Positions 13,046 through 27,100 of a stretch of DNA of 64,000 bases are shown one piece after another. Within the stretch, counting starts at the first letter, position 1, and every line of letters begins with the position of its first letter. The translations under genes and the position numbers were made by a program. Under the pieces are notes generated by a model, which searched no databases, had not been told where the DNA came from, and saw only the letters and a list, made by a program, of their open reading frames with translations. Source of the DNA: Sminthopsis crassicaudata (Eukaryota); NCBI RefSeq assembly GCF_048593235.1, contig NC_133617.1, positions 12,653,607 to 12,717,606 of the forward strand, in the 5' to 3' direction.

Positions 13046-13616
13046 CTGAACAACCTCAAATTGTATCGGCACAGTGCTCGACACGTCGGCTTAATCAAGG
13101 CTTGCTCTTGTGCCTGCCCCTAGCCTCAGACCATCTAGGACCAGGCAGAGGGCCAACTCTCCCTGGGGGGGGGGGAGAGTGCTGCCCTCCCACTAGTGCT
13201 GTAGACACCCTCTCCATTCATCTTCCCATGTTCCCTTCTCTTGAGCCAACCCCCCCCTCGCCCCCAGCTTCCAGCCAGGCTGCTAAAAGCCTGCTGCCCC
13301 TGAGGCAGAGGACCAGGGATGTCCACCTGCCCTGCCTCTGGTTCCTTAGGCCCAACACCAGCCTGAGGATCAGCCCTGTATCAGGTTCTAAACATCTATG
13401 GCACTGCCATCCGACGTGCTGAGCATCTACCATCACTTTACTCCAAGGACCGCTAGGGTTTTCCATCCAGCCTGCAGCTTAACCTTCTTTCATGGATTGT
13501 TTCCTCCTTGGCAAGAGGCAGTATTAGCTTTTTTCTGTTTTCAGAGGTGGAAAGGTGGCACACCGAACAGAATGGTGGCCTTTGAATCAAAAAAACAGAA
13601 GTTCCACTCTTTGTGG

Positions 13617-14281
13617 AATGTATGATGGTATACATAGAGAACCCCAAAAATTCAACTAAAAAGCTATTAGAAACAATCCACACCTTTAGCAAAGTTGCAG
13701 GATACAAAATAAATCCACATAAATAATCAGCATTCTTATATGTCACTAACAAAGTCCAACACTTAGAGTTATAGAGAGAAATTCCATTTAAAGTAACTAC
13801 TGATAGTATAAATATTTAGGAATCTATCTGCCAGGGGAAAATCAGAAACTATATGAGCAAAACTACAAAACACTTTCCACACAAATTAAATCTGGTCTAA
13901 CCAATTGGAATATTAAATGCTCTTGGATAGGGCGAGCGATACTACCTAAACTAATCTATTTATTTAGCACTATGCCAATCAAACTCCCAAAAAACTATTT
14001 TAATATGACCTAGAAAAAATAACAACAAAGTTCATATGGAAAAACAAAAGGCCAAGAATTTCAAGGGAATTAATGAAAAAATCAAATGAAGGGGGGTGGC
14101 CTAGTTGTACCAGATCTAAAATTGTATTATAAAGCAACGGTTACCAAAACCATTTGGTATTGGCTAAGAAATAGACTAGTTGATAAGTGGAATAGGTTAG
14201 GTCCAAAGGACAAAATAATTAATAACTCTAACAACCTAGTGTTTGACAAACCCAAAGGACCCCAGCCTTTGGGATAAGAAC
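13617..14281 (+). mobile_element. Internal L1 ORF2 reverse-transcriptase/post-RT fragment
   Basis: Translates as MMVYIENPKNSTKKLLETIHTFSKVAGYKINPHK... and [23 protein letters not shown]; no poly(A) or TSD seen. Confidence 0.92.
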
Positions 14282-14949
14282 TGTCAAGAAAGACAGGAAA
14301 GTCATCCACAGAATGACAGCTAGTGGGGTGCTCATGTCAAGGGAAGATTTTTAAGGAAGGGAGGAGATGAGATACAAACAGAGTGGTTTAGAATAAACAC
14401 AGAAAAGGTGAAGCAAAAAGTCCCCACAAAATCCAAATCCTACAATAAAGGACTGAGAGTAGAAGATGAGAGCCGTGGCGTGCTGTTGTCCCGTCATTTC
14501 AAGTGACCCCATTTGAGCTCAGGTGTCCCTCTCTCCAAGTCTGCCAATCTTACCCACCAGGCCCTCTGCACACCTGTTTTATTATGTTTTGTTGAGCTTT
14601 AAAAAAGAGAAGAAGTGGAGGGAGAAAGAGGTTGAAAAAAGGATAGGAGAAATTAGTTCCCAAACTGGGATGTCCAAACAGAAGATATAAAAAACAACAA
14701 GGAAAGGGTGGAAGGAGTAGGAGACCACTACACTCATCTGAAATGGTCAAAGGCAAGAAGAATCCCATCCTGCACACACAAAAACAAGGGGAAGGAGAGA
14801 AGGGGAGGCAGAGGAAGGGCAGGCTCAGCAGGGTGCAGGCAAACTTTATCACAGAGGAGACCTTGAAGAGGATTTAAAAGGAAATAAAAGGTAAGAACCT
14901 GCACCTAGACTTTGGGTAAGGAAGAGAAAAAAGGGCAGGAAGTAAGAAG

Positions 14950-16200
14950 AGACGAATTATATACAATTTAAAAGTTTGTGGACAAACAAAAGCAGCACAG
15001 CTAAAATTAATATGCAAGTGGACAGGGGAAAAATTTTTTTGTTGGACCCAACTCGATGGTGCAGTGGTGGATAGAGTCAGGAGGACCTGAGTTCAAATTT
15101 GACCCCAGACACTCAACACTTCCTAGTGTGTGACCCTAAGCAAGTCCCTAAGACAAGACACTAAGTAATCCCAACTGTCTCGCAAAAATAAATTAGTTTT
15201 TGTTGCAGTTTTCTCTGAAAAGGGTCTCATTTTATGCAAGACATAAAAAGAATAATTATGATAATTTATGGGAGCTATTACCCAACTGATAAAATGGTCA
15301 AAGGATACGAACAGGAAATTTTTCAGAGAAAGAAATTCAAGCTATCAAAAGCTATACAAAAAATGCTCCAAGTTACTAAAATTATTGGAATGCAAATTAA
15401 ATTATAATCAAGCTAAATTGACAGAAAAAAAAGAAAATGACAGCTGCAGAAAAAGATACATTAATGTATTGGCAAAGCTGTTGCTTGATTTGAAAGTTTC
15501 TGGAAAGCAATTTAGAACTACACCCAAATGGTCACTAAACTCTGCATTACTTCAATCAATACCACTACCAAGCCTATATCCAAGAGATTTTTTTCCTATA
15601 ATCTTTTTTTTTTAATTTTTAAAATTAATTTTATAATTATAACATTTTTGACAGTACATATGTATAGGTAATTTTTTACAGTATTATCCCTTGTACTCCC
15701 TTCTGTTCTGAATTTTCCCCTCCTTCCCTCCACCCCCTCCCCTAGATGGCAGGCATTCCAAGGGATATTAAAGAAAGCAGAAAAGGGGCCATATACACAA
15801 AACTATTTAGAGCATCTCTTTTTGTAGTGGCAAAAAACTGGAATCTAATCACCTGAGGAATGACCGAACAAGATGCGGTGTATGAATATTGTTAGAATAC
15901 CAAGAGATGAAGAAGAGCATGGTTTCAGAGAAAATCAGAATCTGTATAAACTGAAACAGAGTGAAGAGAGGAGAACAATTTATACAATAACAATTTATTG
16001 TATAAATTAACAACATTTGGAAGATAGATAACTTTGAAAGACCTAAGAACGCAATTAAATCATTAACCAAAGTCATTTCCAGAAGACGCAAAATAAAATA
16101 CACTACTATGCAGACTGAGACATAGTAGTTGTTTTTTTTTTTTTTTTGACTGGTGTGGAAATTAGTTTTCTTGACTATATTGATTATGTTTGTTTAATGG
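14950..16200 (+). mobile_element. Old L1 3' portion with a nested SINE (~15045-15196) and a nested antisense L1 3' end (~15604-15770)
   Basis: L1 ORF2 C-terminal-like translation (LIKWSKDTNRKF); SINE flanked by tttttgttg; nested piece matches the 3'UTR at 5340-5476. Confidence 0.75.
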
Positions 16201-16897
16201 GAAGGAGAAGATAGAAAAAGGAGAAAAGAAAATGGATTTCCCCACTGAGGAAGAATAAAATTGAATTAAAAACGACTACGTCCAGAATTTTATACCATGG
16301 GTTTACGAGTTATTTCTTATTATTCTCTATAATCAGCCTCAAAGCCAGGAAGAGCTGGGTTCGAGTCCTTCTTCTGATCCATACTAGTGATTTGGCCCTG
16401 ACAAGTCAACCCACACTCTAGAAAAGGCCAAGGACAACAAAGAAGACATCTATCTATTCTTATCAGCAATGAGGAGGACCCTATGCTAATCACAGGCTTA
16501 GCTCCTATCCCAATTCTTCTTATTCCTTCACCTTTCACCAACAAAACTCTGTGAAGCAGACAGTGCAAACTGAATTATCTCTAGGTAATGTTAAGTCACC
16601 TGATAGATACTGGGAGTCATATTTGAACCCACAGCTACAGCATCCTGGCTCAGAGTTTGTTCTTTCCACAATAGTACATTGCTTCTGTAATTTATATCCT
16701 AATCTGGATGTCAGATCTTCTTTTAAAAAAATCCATTTCCAACTGAAATCTTCCACCAAGTGCCCCATCACTGGTTTGGGCTCTCATCTTCACTTCTGTG
16801 AAAGCTGCACTGTGGTGCCAGTTTCTACAAGCATTTCTTAAGCATTTATCACAAACAGAGCATTGTGTCCAACTTCAACTGTAAAAGATACAAAGAA

Positions 16898-17058
16898 GGG
16901 CAGCTGGATGGTGCAGTGGATAAAGCGCTGGCCTGACAGTAAGGAGGACCCGAGTTCAAATCTATCTTCAGACATTTAACATTTCCTAACTAAGTGATTT
17001 TTGGCAAGTCACTTAATCTCAATTGCCTCATGAAAAAAAATTAAATTAAAAATAAAAA
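16898..17058 (+). mobile_element. WSINE1-like SINE
   Basis: gggcagctggatggtgcagtggataaag...gagttcaaat...aagtcacttaa followed by an A-rich tail. Confidence 0.85.
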
Positions 17059-17425
17059 TATTTCCATGTGTCAAAGATCTATACTTGTACACAAACACAC
17101 TATGTACCTATCCACCTGTCTGCGTATACAAAGAAGTGTGATTGTGTATGTGTTTAAACTAGCATGAAAGAGAGCTGACAATATAATAAACTGTGGCACA
17201 GGAACATAATGTGATTTTACTGTGACACATAAAATGATGAGTAGAAAGAAGTCCACGAAACATAAGAAGGTTGATACAAATTGATACAACCTGAACTTTG
17301 TAGAATGAAAAAAAACAACAACCCACAAACACTGCAAAAATAGAAATGTAAACAACAAAGCCACAAACCTAAATGATGTGGAATTATAATAATCAATAAT
17401 TATATTGGCCCTCAAAAATAGATGT

Positions 17426-17539
17426 GGGAGCAACTAAATGGCACGGTAGCTAAAGCACTGGCCCTCAGGAGGACCTGAGTTCGAATCCAGCCTCAGACAG
17501 TGGGCAAGTCACTTAACTCCAACTGCCTCGCCAAAAAAA
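17426..17539 (+). mobile_element. WSINE1-like SINE with internal deletion
   Basis: A/B-box-like head, ggcaagtcacttaactcc, A tail. Confidence 0.8.
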
Positions 17540-20008
17540 GAAATGTGAACATGTTTCTCTTTCCGTTCCATGAAGACTTAATTGACATCTTGGTTAGTTT
17601 TGCTGACCTGATTATTTTCCTCTTACCCTGTTTCTTTAAGTGGAGAAGGGAAGAATATATATGATATATTTGAAAATGAAGGTGATATCAATAAATGTAA
17701 AAAAAACAAACAACAGCATTAACAAAAGCTACAACAAAAAAGAACTAATACCTAATACTATACTACAGAGTTAAGATCCAAATGGTATTATTTTCTTCAG
17801 CTTTAGAAGTGAATTTGAACCCAACTTAATTATTAAGGAGGTTTTAAGTAACTTAAGCCATGGATAAAAATCGTGATAGCCTCCATCAATTTGAAGCTCC
17901 TCAGGTTCCTTTCCAGATATAACATTCTATGATCTATAATTTTAAGACCTATTATAACACAGATATTTTATCCATCTATTAGTTTAGCTTTGATGTTACA
18001 TGTTCTAAGGGCCTCTTTCATGGCTAACATTCTATAGGTCTATGTTTTGCAAACCAGATATTCTCTATTCTATGTTCTAATAATATCAGAATTGGAAGGG
18101 ACTTAAGTTCTATGTTCTAAGATTCCTAAAAGCAAAATTTTCAGTGTGCCTAAATGCAACCAAGATAAGAAGATCAAGACAATAACCCAAGAAACATCAT
18201 TGAATTATACAAAATGTTTTAATTATTGATGATTCTAGAATTGAACAAAGTAGGAAACATAAGAGACCACTCTCATACAACAGTATTAAACTGTGAAGCT
18301 TAATAACATTAAGAACAGAATTTAATCTTCTGACCCCCTGGATCTTTAAAAAATAAAACATTTGAACAAATTGGCATGCAAGTTTCTGGTATATTAGATT
18401 CAGGAAAACAGACAAGTATCAATTCAGACCACCCTTTCCCACTGAAGCTCACTGGACTGCTAAACAGTACAAGATGCCACCCATCCCCATATTTCTGACT
18501 GAAAAAATTAATGGCTAAATGGGTCTGACCACAAAGTTCAATCTGGCAGATGATTTGTTTCCCACCTTCATTTGAAAGTTTAGGCAGGAGCCACATTCTC
18601 TCCCTTTCTTTTCTCCCGGTACTTTCTTCTGCAAACTGGAGCATATAAACAGGACAGACCTCCTAAGGAGTTTGCTTTACATGAGTTATTTTAATAGAAT
18701 CTTGGCCTTTATCTCTTCCAGCACTGCAACACTAAGCAATTCCCACTAATCTCAGAACCAGCTTATAATCTGACAAAATCTTTTCAATTTCATTTCTATC
18801 ATTCAGAATCTTGGAATCATTCAAGAAAATAAGATGATGTTCCCTGCCAGAATCCCTGCCACTGAACTCACACTGCATTTCATATACAAGATGACACAGA
18901 AGTTCCAGCCCTTAGGACCTTTAGGATGAGGATTCATTCACATTTAGCTAGTTGAAAGCAATGTCTCTTTCACCCTGGTATACACCTCAGTTTTACACCT
19001 TTTTTGCCCCTCCTGCATAGAGGATCCCTCTTTCCTTAACTTCTCTACATTTGCCCCATCCCATTCAACCCACTGTCTGACCAGCAGAGTACAAACAACA
19101 GCATTCTGAGATCCTGTCTGTGAGTCTGACCTTGCCAGGTGATGGAGATGGGGACCGTACTCTGGTGGGTTCGGAGGCAGAGATGACCCATGAAGTTTAA
19201 ACACATCTCCCCCCTGGCCGGATGCTCCAAGATAGGAGGGGGCAGCTTTGGGGGGATTTGGGGGGTCAGGGCTTCTCTGGTTGTGCAGCTTCCCAGTGTG
19301 ACCCAGAACTGCTTACTCAGAGGCTGGAAGCCCGGCTCGAGAATCTCTTTTCCTACGGCAGATACCACTCAGAGTTTTAAAATCACCTTTGCGTGCTGGG
19401 AAAACACAGACACACAGACACAAACACACACGGTCACACACACGCTTGCAGTGCACAGCTAATTCCTGCATAAAAGCCCCTCTGTGTTCACTTCACAGTG
19501 TCCAGTTCCCAGGTCTAGCCGTGGGAATCAAAGTGCTCCCCCTCCACCCCATCACATATCCTGCAATTCAAATGCCTCACCCGAGACTTGAGAAATGGGG
19601 TGGGGAAAGTGTGTCTGCCTTGAAGCCTCTCTAATATTTCTGAGCCATTTGGCTTCTAAAAGATGGCCACTGTCCAGAGCGACAATCAGGCAGCGAAGGG
19701 AGCTATTCTGGGACCAATTCTTTGCACTAAGGTGGTAAAGGGTACCCCTGTGATGACAGCCCAAGGACTGAACCTGTCTCAAGACGCCCTGAAGCCATCC
19801 GCCCCCTTTCTCCCCACTGACCCTCACCAGTCTACAACTCTGTCCTGGGAGGAAGCAGCACCTTCATCTTTCCCCCCCATCCCCACTAGCCCAACCTTAA
19901 AGAACTAGAAGAGATAGGTGGGGGAAACCAAGGAACACCCCCCCCCCCCCGCCTCCTTCCCCTGACTCTCCTCCCTCCCAATGTCTGCCCATCCTTGCTG
20001 GAACTCAC

Positions 20009-20330
20009 CGGGGAGGGGCTCCTGGATTAGGGGTTGGTTCGGATTTGGGGGTAGCCCGATGACTACCCGAGGCTCTCTCAGCTGCTGCTGCCAAAACACT
20101 GCTGCCTGCCCTAATCTCCGCCCTCAATCCATTCTGTTGCTGTGCTGAGGCAAGGGGAAGGAAAGGAGAGTAATCTCTGGCCTGGATCCCTTGGCTGCAG
20201 CTCCAGTAGCCCTCCTGGGCCAAGGACAAGCTGCTGCTGGGACAGGCAAGGCAGCAGAACACAGCTCAGCACCATGGACAGCTGCCAGCCCCCAGGCTTA
20301 AGGCGCACCACCCCCCTGGCTTCCTCAAGC
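20009..20330 (-). promoter_or_regulatory. Probable promoter and non-coding first exon of an unidentified minus-strand gene
   Basis: Consensus donor CCG|GTGAGT (intron starts at 20008) followed by G-runs including G13 at 19938-19950; GC box at 20118-20123; CTAATCC 20024-20030, CTAATCT 20111-20117, TAATCT 20171-20176, TAAGCC 20295-20300; TGCTGAG at 20143 and 20265; GC-rich with retained CpGs. Confidence 0.6.
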
Positions 20331-23300
20331 TGCTTGCACTCCCACCGAGCCCTTCCCTGTCATAACCAACAGGGCAAGGCTACCACTCTCCAATTATTCA
20401 TGCCTCTTTTCTGCCTTTCCTTCCAAAAGAAGCCAAGCCTTAAGTTTTCCTCCCTTCTTGGGCAGGAAGTCCCCCCTCCCTTCAAATTGCACTCCCTTCC
20501 TCCCATCTCTAAAAGACTTTTTTTTTTTCTTTTTTTTTTTAAACTGTCACAGAAAAAGTACTTTCACCAATTTGAATACTGGCTCTCCTGAAGTAGGAAT
20601 CCAGGACTCACCAGGGCTTAGGGGAAAAAAAAAACAGTCTCAGCTACAGAGCTTCCCTTCAAAAGGAAGAATTTCACTAAAGACAATTCTCTGGCGCACA
20701 CTGTGGCAAAGCTTAAAATCTCAGAGTCCCAGTTAATGAAAACTCAATGCTATTTATCTTCAAGTCTAGCTAAGAAAAAAAGGAAGACTAGCTTGATCCT
20801 ATCAGAAAAGAGAAAGCCAGTGATATTTACACTGAGAATTCTCTTGCTTCCATAATTACATGCCTTACTTGGAGATTAATTAAGATGAAGCCTAAGAACC
20901 ATGAACATTAAAGATCGAAGAGCATCTATACCTGGAACATTCTCTCCTTTGCAGTCTTGTTAGTAGTGTGGCAGAATCTGAGTCAGGAGTTCAAATCCAG
21001 ACTCTGCTACTTACTAGCTATGACTTTCGCAAAATCACTTCATCTTTCAGGGGCCACTATTCTCATCTGTAATATATTGGGAATGTAGTCAATCATTTCT
21101 TAATATCTCTTTCAGCTCTAGACTTGGGCTTGAATTACACTAAATAGATCAGAAAATGTCAGAAGTCAGAGGGTCCTCAGAGATGGCAGATTCAGCCCTC
21201 ATTAGAGGCATGCGAGGGGAAGGATATTTGCTCCCAGCCCCACAGTAAGTGGGAAAGAGGAAAGGAGCCCTTCTTGCGCCTCTCCTCTCAGTCCAGAGCT
21301 CCCTTGCTAAATTGCATTGCCTTTCCTTAAAAATGATCTCAAACAGGTCCCAATTTCCTGGACCATGTTGTAGCAGCTAACAAGAGCCAGACTCAAGACA
21401 CTTGGCTTCTCATGACATCTCTACCTCCCGGCTTCCTTCAAATCTCAGCTAGAGGGTCACATGCTCAGGGCCTTTCCTCTGAAACTGCCCCATTCAACCC
21501 ATCAACAGGATGTTTGCTTGCTGTCTGAGGGCAGGGAGGCTTTTCTGCCCTTTTCTGTATCCCAGGGCTTAGTCTAATACCTGGAACACAGCAGGCATTT
21601 AATAAATGCTTCCTGACTTGGCTTGTTCTACTATTAATTCCCCATTTAACTTTAGAGAAGTCATTTTACCTTTCTGCTCTTACATTCTAGAATTCTGTCC
21701 CCTGACTTCAAGAAATGAAATAAAATACCTATTTATTCCTCAAAATATGGCTAACACGACACTACAGATATAGCTTCCTGGAAGAGCTCCTTGTTTTTTC
21801 AAGCATACATCCTAGGCCTACAATACCTCTGAAGATCCTATGTGTCCCACGAGGTTTAACTCTAATGCTATCTTTTCCATGGAGCCTTTAACTACTCCTG
21901 CAAATAACGATGGCTTTGTCACCTTAACTCTGACCATACTGTAACTCTCCTAGAGTTATTCAGAACTTGTGGTGAAGTGCTCAGCATGTCCCAGGAACTG
22001 TGCTAAGTGCTGGGAAGACAAACACCATCAAGCACCACTATTGTCCCAGCCTCGAGCCTCTTCCATTCCAATGAGGGGGAGAGGGAGAAGGTATGCATAA
22101 GGTAGGTAGTTTGGAGCTGAAGTCAGGGAACGGAGGTGTCAGCTTGGTTGTGGCCACTGTATGGCAGAAGTTCACCTCTTAGAACCTGGGGGAGTATCTA
22201 GGGATGAAGTTCAAAGTTTCTTTAGGAGGAAATGACGCTGAAGTCGAGGCAACAGGAAGAACACTTACCCTAGTGGACATTCTATTTATTTGCATATATG
22301 TCTTTTGACTGTGAGACTATGAGATTCCTGAGTACGGAGGCAACTGGCACCTTATTTGTACACTGCTCAATCAGTGCACTTATGGGATGAATACAACTGA
22401 ACTTGTTCAAGTTTTAGAAGATAGCAAAAGCATGCCATAAGAATGAATCAACTCAGGTAAGAGAGCTGTCATCTGCATATTTCCTCTTTTATTTCTTTGT
22501 AATAAAATATTCCTATTATGGATTAATTAATTCAGAGGCATAAGCAACAGCAAGCAAAACTTTTGCCCGTGACCACATTTTCACTACCTTCTTTCTTCAC
22601 AGCATTTAATCAAGTCAGTACCAAGTAAAAGGCAAAACTGCAAAAACCTACACTCTGCATTAACAGGCATACCCAGTTTTTTTAAGGAATACCAAATAGA
22701 TCCTCAAATAGTAAAGTCAGAATAGTTCAGTAAAGAACGCATGATATCCCATATCAAGCTCTGTCCATGATAGTAGTTGTAAGATTGGACAGTGTCGCCA
22801 CTTTAAACCTGTTCCCTAATTTGTAAATGGAAATAATTGCCTTTCTTAACGGATTGTTAGGTGGGCCTTTAAAACACTAAATCTAAGTGACCTAAGTAAT
22901 TTACATCTTTCCCACTTTAATTCCTATTTCTATTGCTGGCATGGTTTTATTTGCTGTTCTTTATAGCAGTCTATTTAAAATATATCCTGTCAGCTCTTCC
23001 TTTGGATGATTCCTTGTCTTCTCCCCAGGCTCTAAAGCTGTGGGTGATCCTCAATGCCTCAGGTCTAGAAGGCTGCTCAACAGCTTTCTCACTAGTCCTT
23101 TCTTGACTGAATTGATCTTGGCCTCAGTTTTCACTGTTTTCTTTGCTGATTCAACCCTATATTGCTAACTCTAATCCCTCACCTAAGTTCTACATATGAA
23201 TATACAGTCATTTGTAAGACAAGAATGGTATAGTGTCCTAAAAAATACTGGTGAGTCAGAAAACTTGGGTTCCAGTCCCATTTCCAATTGTGTGACTCTT

Positions 23301-24149
23301 GCACAAGTCATTTCACTTTGAGGAGTTTCAATTTCCCTGTATGAACAAAAATATGAATTCACATTTACACAAGTCTCCCCCAAAGTCTTGGTCTTTGGGG
23401 ATACCCAAAGTTCACAAATCATGAGATCGTATATTCAAAGCTAAAAGCCACCTTGAAGGTCTAGTCTCATCCCATCAGTCCACAAATGTGACTGAAGGTG
23501 ACAGCCAGGTCCTCTGCCTCTAAAGTACTTTGTCTTCACTTCAGTCATTTTTCAATCATATCTAACTCCTCATGGGCTTTCTTGCCCAGATATTATTGCT
23601 ATTTTCTTCTCTAATTCATTTTATTGATGAGGAAACTGAGATAAATAGAATTAAGTGACTTGCCCAGGGTCATATAGTTAGTGTCTGATGCCAGATTTTA
23701 ACTTGGGAAGATAAGTCTATCTTATTCCACTTTCTTATTATCCACTGCAGCCATCAAAAAAGCACTTTGTTTACATGACCTCATTAGAAGCTCACAGCTC
23801 CCTTGGAGGGAACAGCCCTGGTATCTCATGCTTGTTATATAAGTAGGGAAACTAAAGATCAGGAGGATTAAATAAACTATCTATAAGCTATTTCCAGGAT
23901 TTCATCCCTCTACCAACTCATCTATAAGGGTAAGGATTAATAGAATGAGGATAATAGTGAGGCAAAGGGGGTAAAGCATCAAAAATAGCCACAAGAATAA
24001 ATCAATAGGAGAATTTGAGATACAATAGCTCTCTCTAGGGAGGCAGGCTTCCCAACTCCCCCAACACAGTACAAACCTGAAATTCACCAGACAGAATAAT
24101 AATCAAGAACATCAATTATAAACTATCAGTGACTTCCTCTACCCCAAAA

Positions 24150-27100
24150 GTGTACAAGAGAAAAGAACAGTGTCTCCAAGAAATCTATGACTTTCAGCTC
24201 AACCAGGGAAGGGCCATAAACACACATCCTGTAAGACTCTCATTTGAAAGGTACCAAGAATGGAAGGATTCCTGAGAGTGTTCCAGGATGTTTTGGGAGC
24301 AGTAATGACCTATGGAGGCATGACAACAATCAGAAAGTTACAGTGGTTTGTGATAGCTCAGGCACGCAAAAGTCTTAAGCATTTTGAACTAAGAAGCCCT
24401 TAAAGGATCCCCAAAGAACAATACTCAGAATCTCAAAAATCCAAGGGGATTTAAGTCCTGAAGATCAAGAAGTATCCCAGGGTACCAAGGGCAAAACCAA
24501 GTCAAGAGGACCCACCTCATCCAAAAGTAGGGAAGAAGTGAAGCCTAATCTTGGCACAAAGTCCCAATTCAAGAACTAAGGTTGCAGTGATGAGGAAACC
24601 AAAGATGATCTTAATCTGTATAAAAACTGGCTGTAGATTTAGAGCTGCCCCCAAATCCAGTCTAGGAGATCTTAACTCTAAACTCCATAACTTCAAGGAG
24701 AAACTTAAAAGGGGGAGGGAAATACATTTTCTACAAGGACTATAGGAATATTGAAAAAAATGAAGAAGATAAAAATGTAGAGGTAAAAATTGGAAGAATA
24801 TCAAATGAGAGATCATAAAAATTAGAATAAACTATAAATCAATGATTCCATGAGACAATAAATATTAGAATAAAATGAAAAAATATAAAACATTTGCTAT
24901 AAATAATAACTAACCTCAAAACAAATCAAAGGAATATAATTTAGGAATCACTAGACTTCATGAAAACAATACTAAAAAGAATTCTGAAAACTATACTTCA
25001 ATAATTCATAAAGGTAGACTAGATCTATTAGAATCAGAAAGCAGAGTGTAGAGTGTAGGTAGAAAGAACATAACCATCAACTCATAAAAGAAGCCATAAA
25101 AAGGGAAAGTATGAAGAATAACATCCAAAAACCTGAGCTCCTATATAAGAGAAAAAATACTGCAAATGCCCAGAAAGAAGCAACTCAAGTGCCAAGGAAC
25201 CAGAGTTAGGATCACATAAGACTTGGTAGCTTCTACTAATAACAAGTGAGCTTGGAATACAGGAGTTCCACAGATTAAAGAGAAAAGGTTTACAATAAAA
25301 AAACAATTTACCCTACAAAATTTAATAGAATCCTAAAGTGAACCTTTTTTTGGGAATAGAGGACTTTCAAAAACTTGTAATAAATAGACCAGAGCTGAGT
25401 AGCATTTTGAAAAACAAACAAAAGAGTCCAAAGAAACCTAGAAAGTTATTTTTGAACAATTAGAAGAGGTTGTATGATGATGATGATGTGCTAACATTCT
25501 AATACTAAGAGATAGGTCTTCAAAATCTTAATATCTTCAAAGATGATTAAGGAAAGTGAATGAAAAAAAATTGGAGGACCCTGGGGTAGATTAGTTCTAT
25601 TCTGAGGGTTGTGGAAAAGACAGCAAAAGGAATACAATGGAATGGAAAGGAGGAAGGAAGTAGAACTTAGTATTTCACGGAAGTGAAGTGTGTGATAAGA
25701 AGAGTATATAATATAGAAAAAGAGGTGGTGGAATGGGCATCAGATAAATATCACTCATGTGAGACAACAGAAGACATACATACATATATATTTTTTTTTT
25801 AAATTTTTTTTATTATATATATATATATTTTATAATATTATCCCTTGTATTCATTTTTCCAAATTACCTCCCCTCCCTTATTCCCTCCCCCCGACGACAG
25901 GCAATACCATACATTTTACATGTGTTACAATATAGTCTAAGTACAATACATGTGTGTGAATATCATTTTCTTGTTGCACAATAAACATTAGAATCCGAAG
26001 GTACATGCAACCTGGGCAGACAGATATTAGTGCTAACAATTTACATTCCCCTCCCAGTGTTTCTTCTCTGGGTGTATCTACCTCTGTCCATCATTGATCA
26101 ACTGGAAGTGAGTTGGATCTTCTTTATGTTGAAGATTTCCACTTCCATCAGAATACATCCTCATACAGTATTGTTGTTGAAGTATACAGTGATCTTCTGG
26201 TTCTGCTCATTTCACTCAGCATCAGTTGATTTAAGTCTCTCCAACCCTCTCTGTATTCCTCCTGCTGGTCATTTCTTACTGAGCAATAATATTCCATAAC
26301 TTTCATATACCACAATTTACCCAACCATTCTCCAACTGATGGACATCCATTCATCTTCCAGTTTCTAGCTACAACAAAAAGAGCTGCCACAAACATTTTG
26401 GCACATATATGTCTCTTTCCGCTCTTTAGTATTTCTTTGGGATATAATCCCAGTAGTAGCGCTGCTGGGTCAAAGGGTATGCACAGTTTGATAACTTTTT
26501 GGGCATAATTCCAGATTGCTCTCCAGAATGGCTGGATTCTTTCACAACTCCACCAGCAATGTATTAGTGTCCCAATTTCCCCACATCCCCTCCAACATTT
26601 GTCATTATTTGTTCCTGTCATCTTAGCCAATCTGACAGGTGCATACATACATATATTAACAATTTACTGTGGACACAGAATCTAAACCGAAGAAGAAAAC
26701 AGAAAAAAATACAAGAGTGACTATTCTGGAAAAGGAGGATAAAGCGTCTAAACCAATGAATGAAAAAGAAATAAAAAGAGTCATATGTCAAGGACTAGAG
26801 GAAGGATTGTAGGATAAACTGCTAGAGGTAGGAAGAGGAATCCAAGAATGTATAATCTGAAGAAAAAGAGTACCTGAAGCTTTGCCTGAGTAGTAACAGG
26901 ATGTTTTCTAAACACTGTCATGTCCATTGAAATTGGAGACCAAGAAGAAAAGAAGGGCAATATCAGTACTGTACAGTGTTCCCTGTTATCACGTTAAATA
27001 GGGAGTGAGGGATATAAATACTGTACCTTTTAAAAGACAGAGCAATCTAGTCTTACAGAAAAACTATTCTTGCCATATTACTGCCCCAAAGATGGAATAA

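Noticed and set aside
17880-18130. Degenerate ttctatgttctaa reiterations
   Set aside because: Resembles common low-complexity marsupial LINE/SINE tail arrays, with no regular spacer structure; not CRISPR-like
20111-20311. Signal-peptide-like ORF MVLSCVLLPCLSQQQ...
   Set aside because: Terminates before the splice donor and matches no protein I recognise; at most a uORF
22262-22460. Consensus donors on both strands (AGG|GTAAGT minus at ~22268; CAG|GTAAGA plus at ~22457)
   Set aside because: No convincing acceptor or coding frame; isolated donors occur by chance
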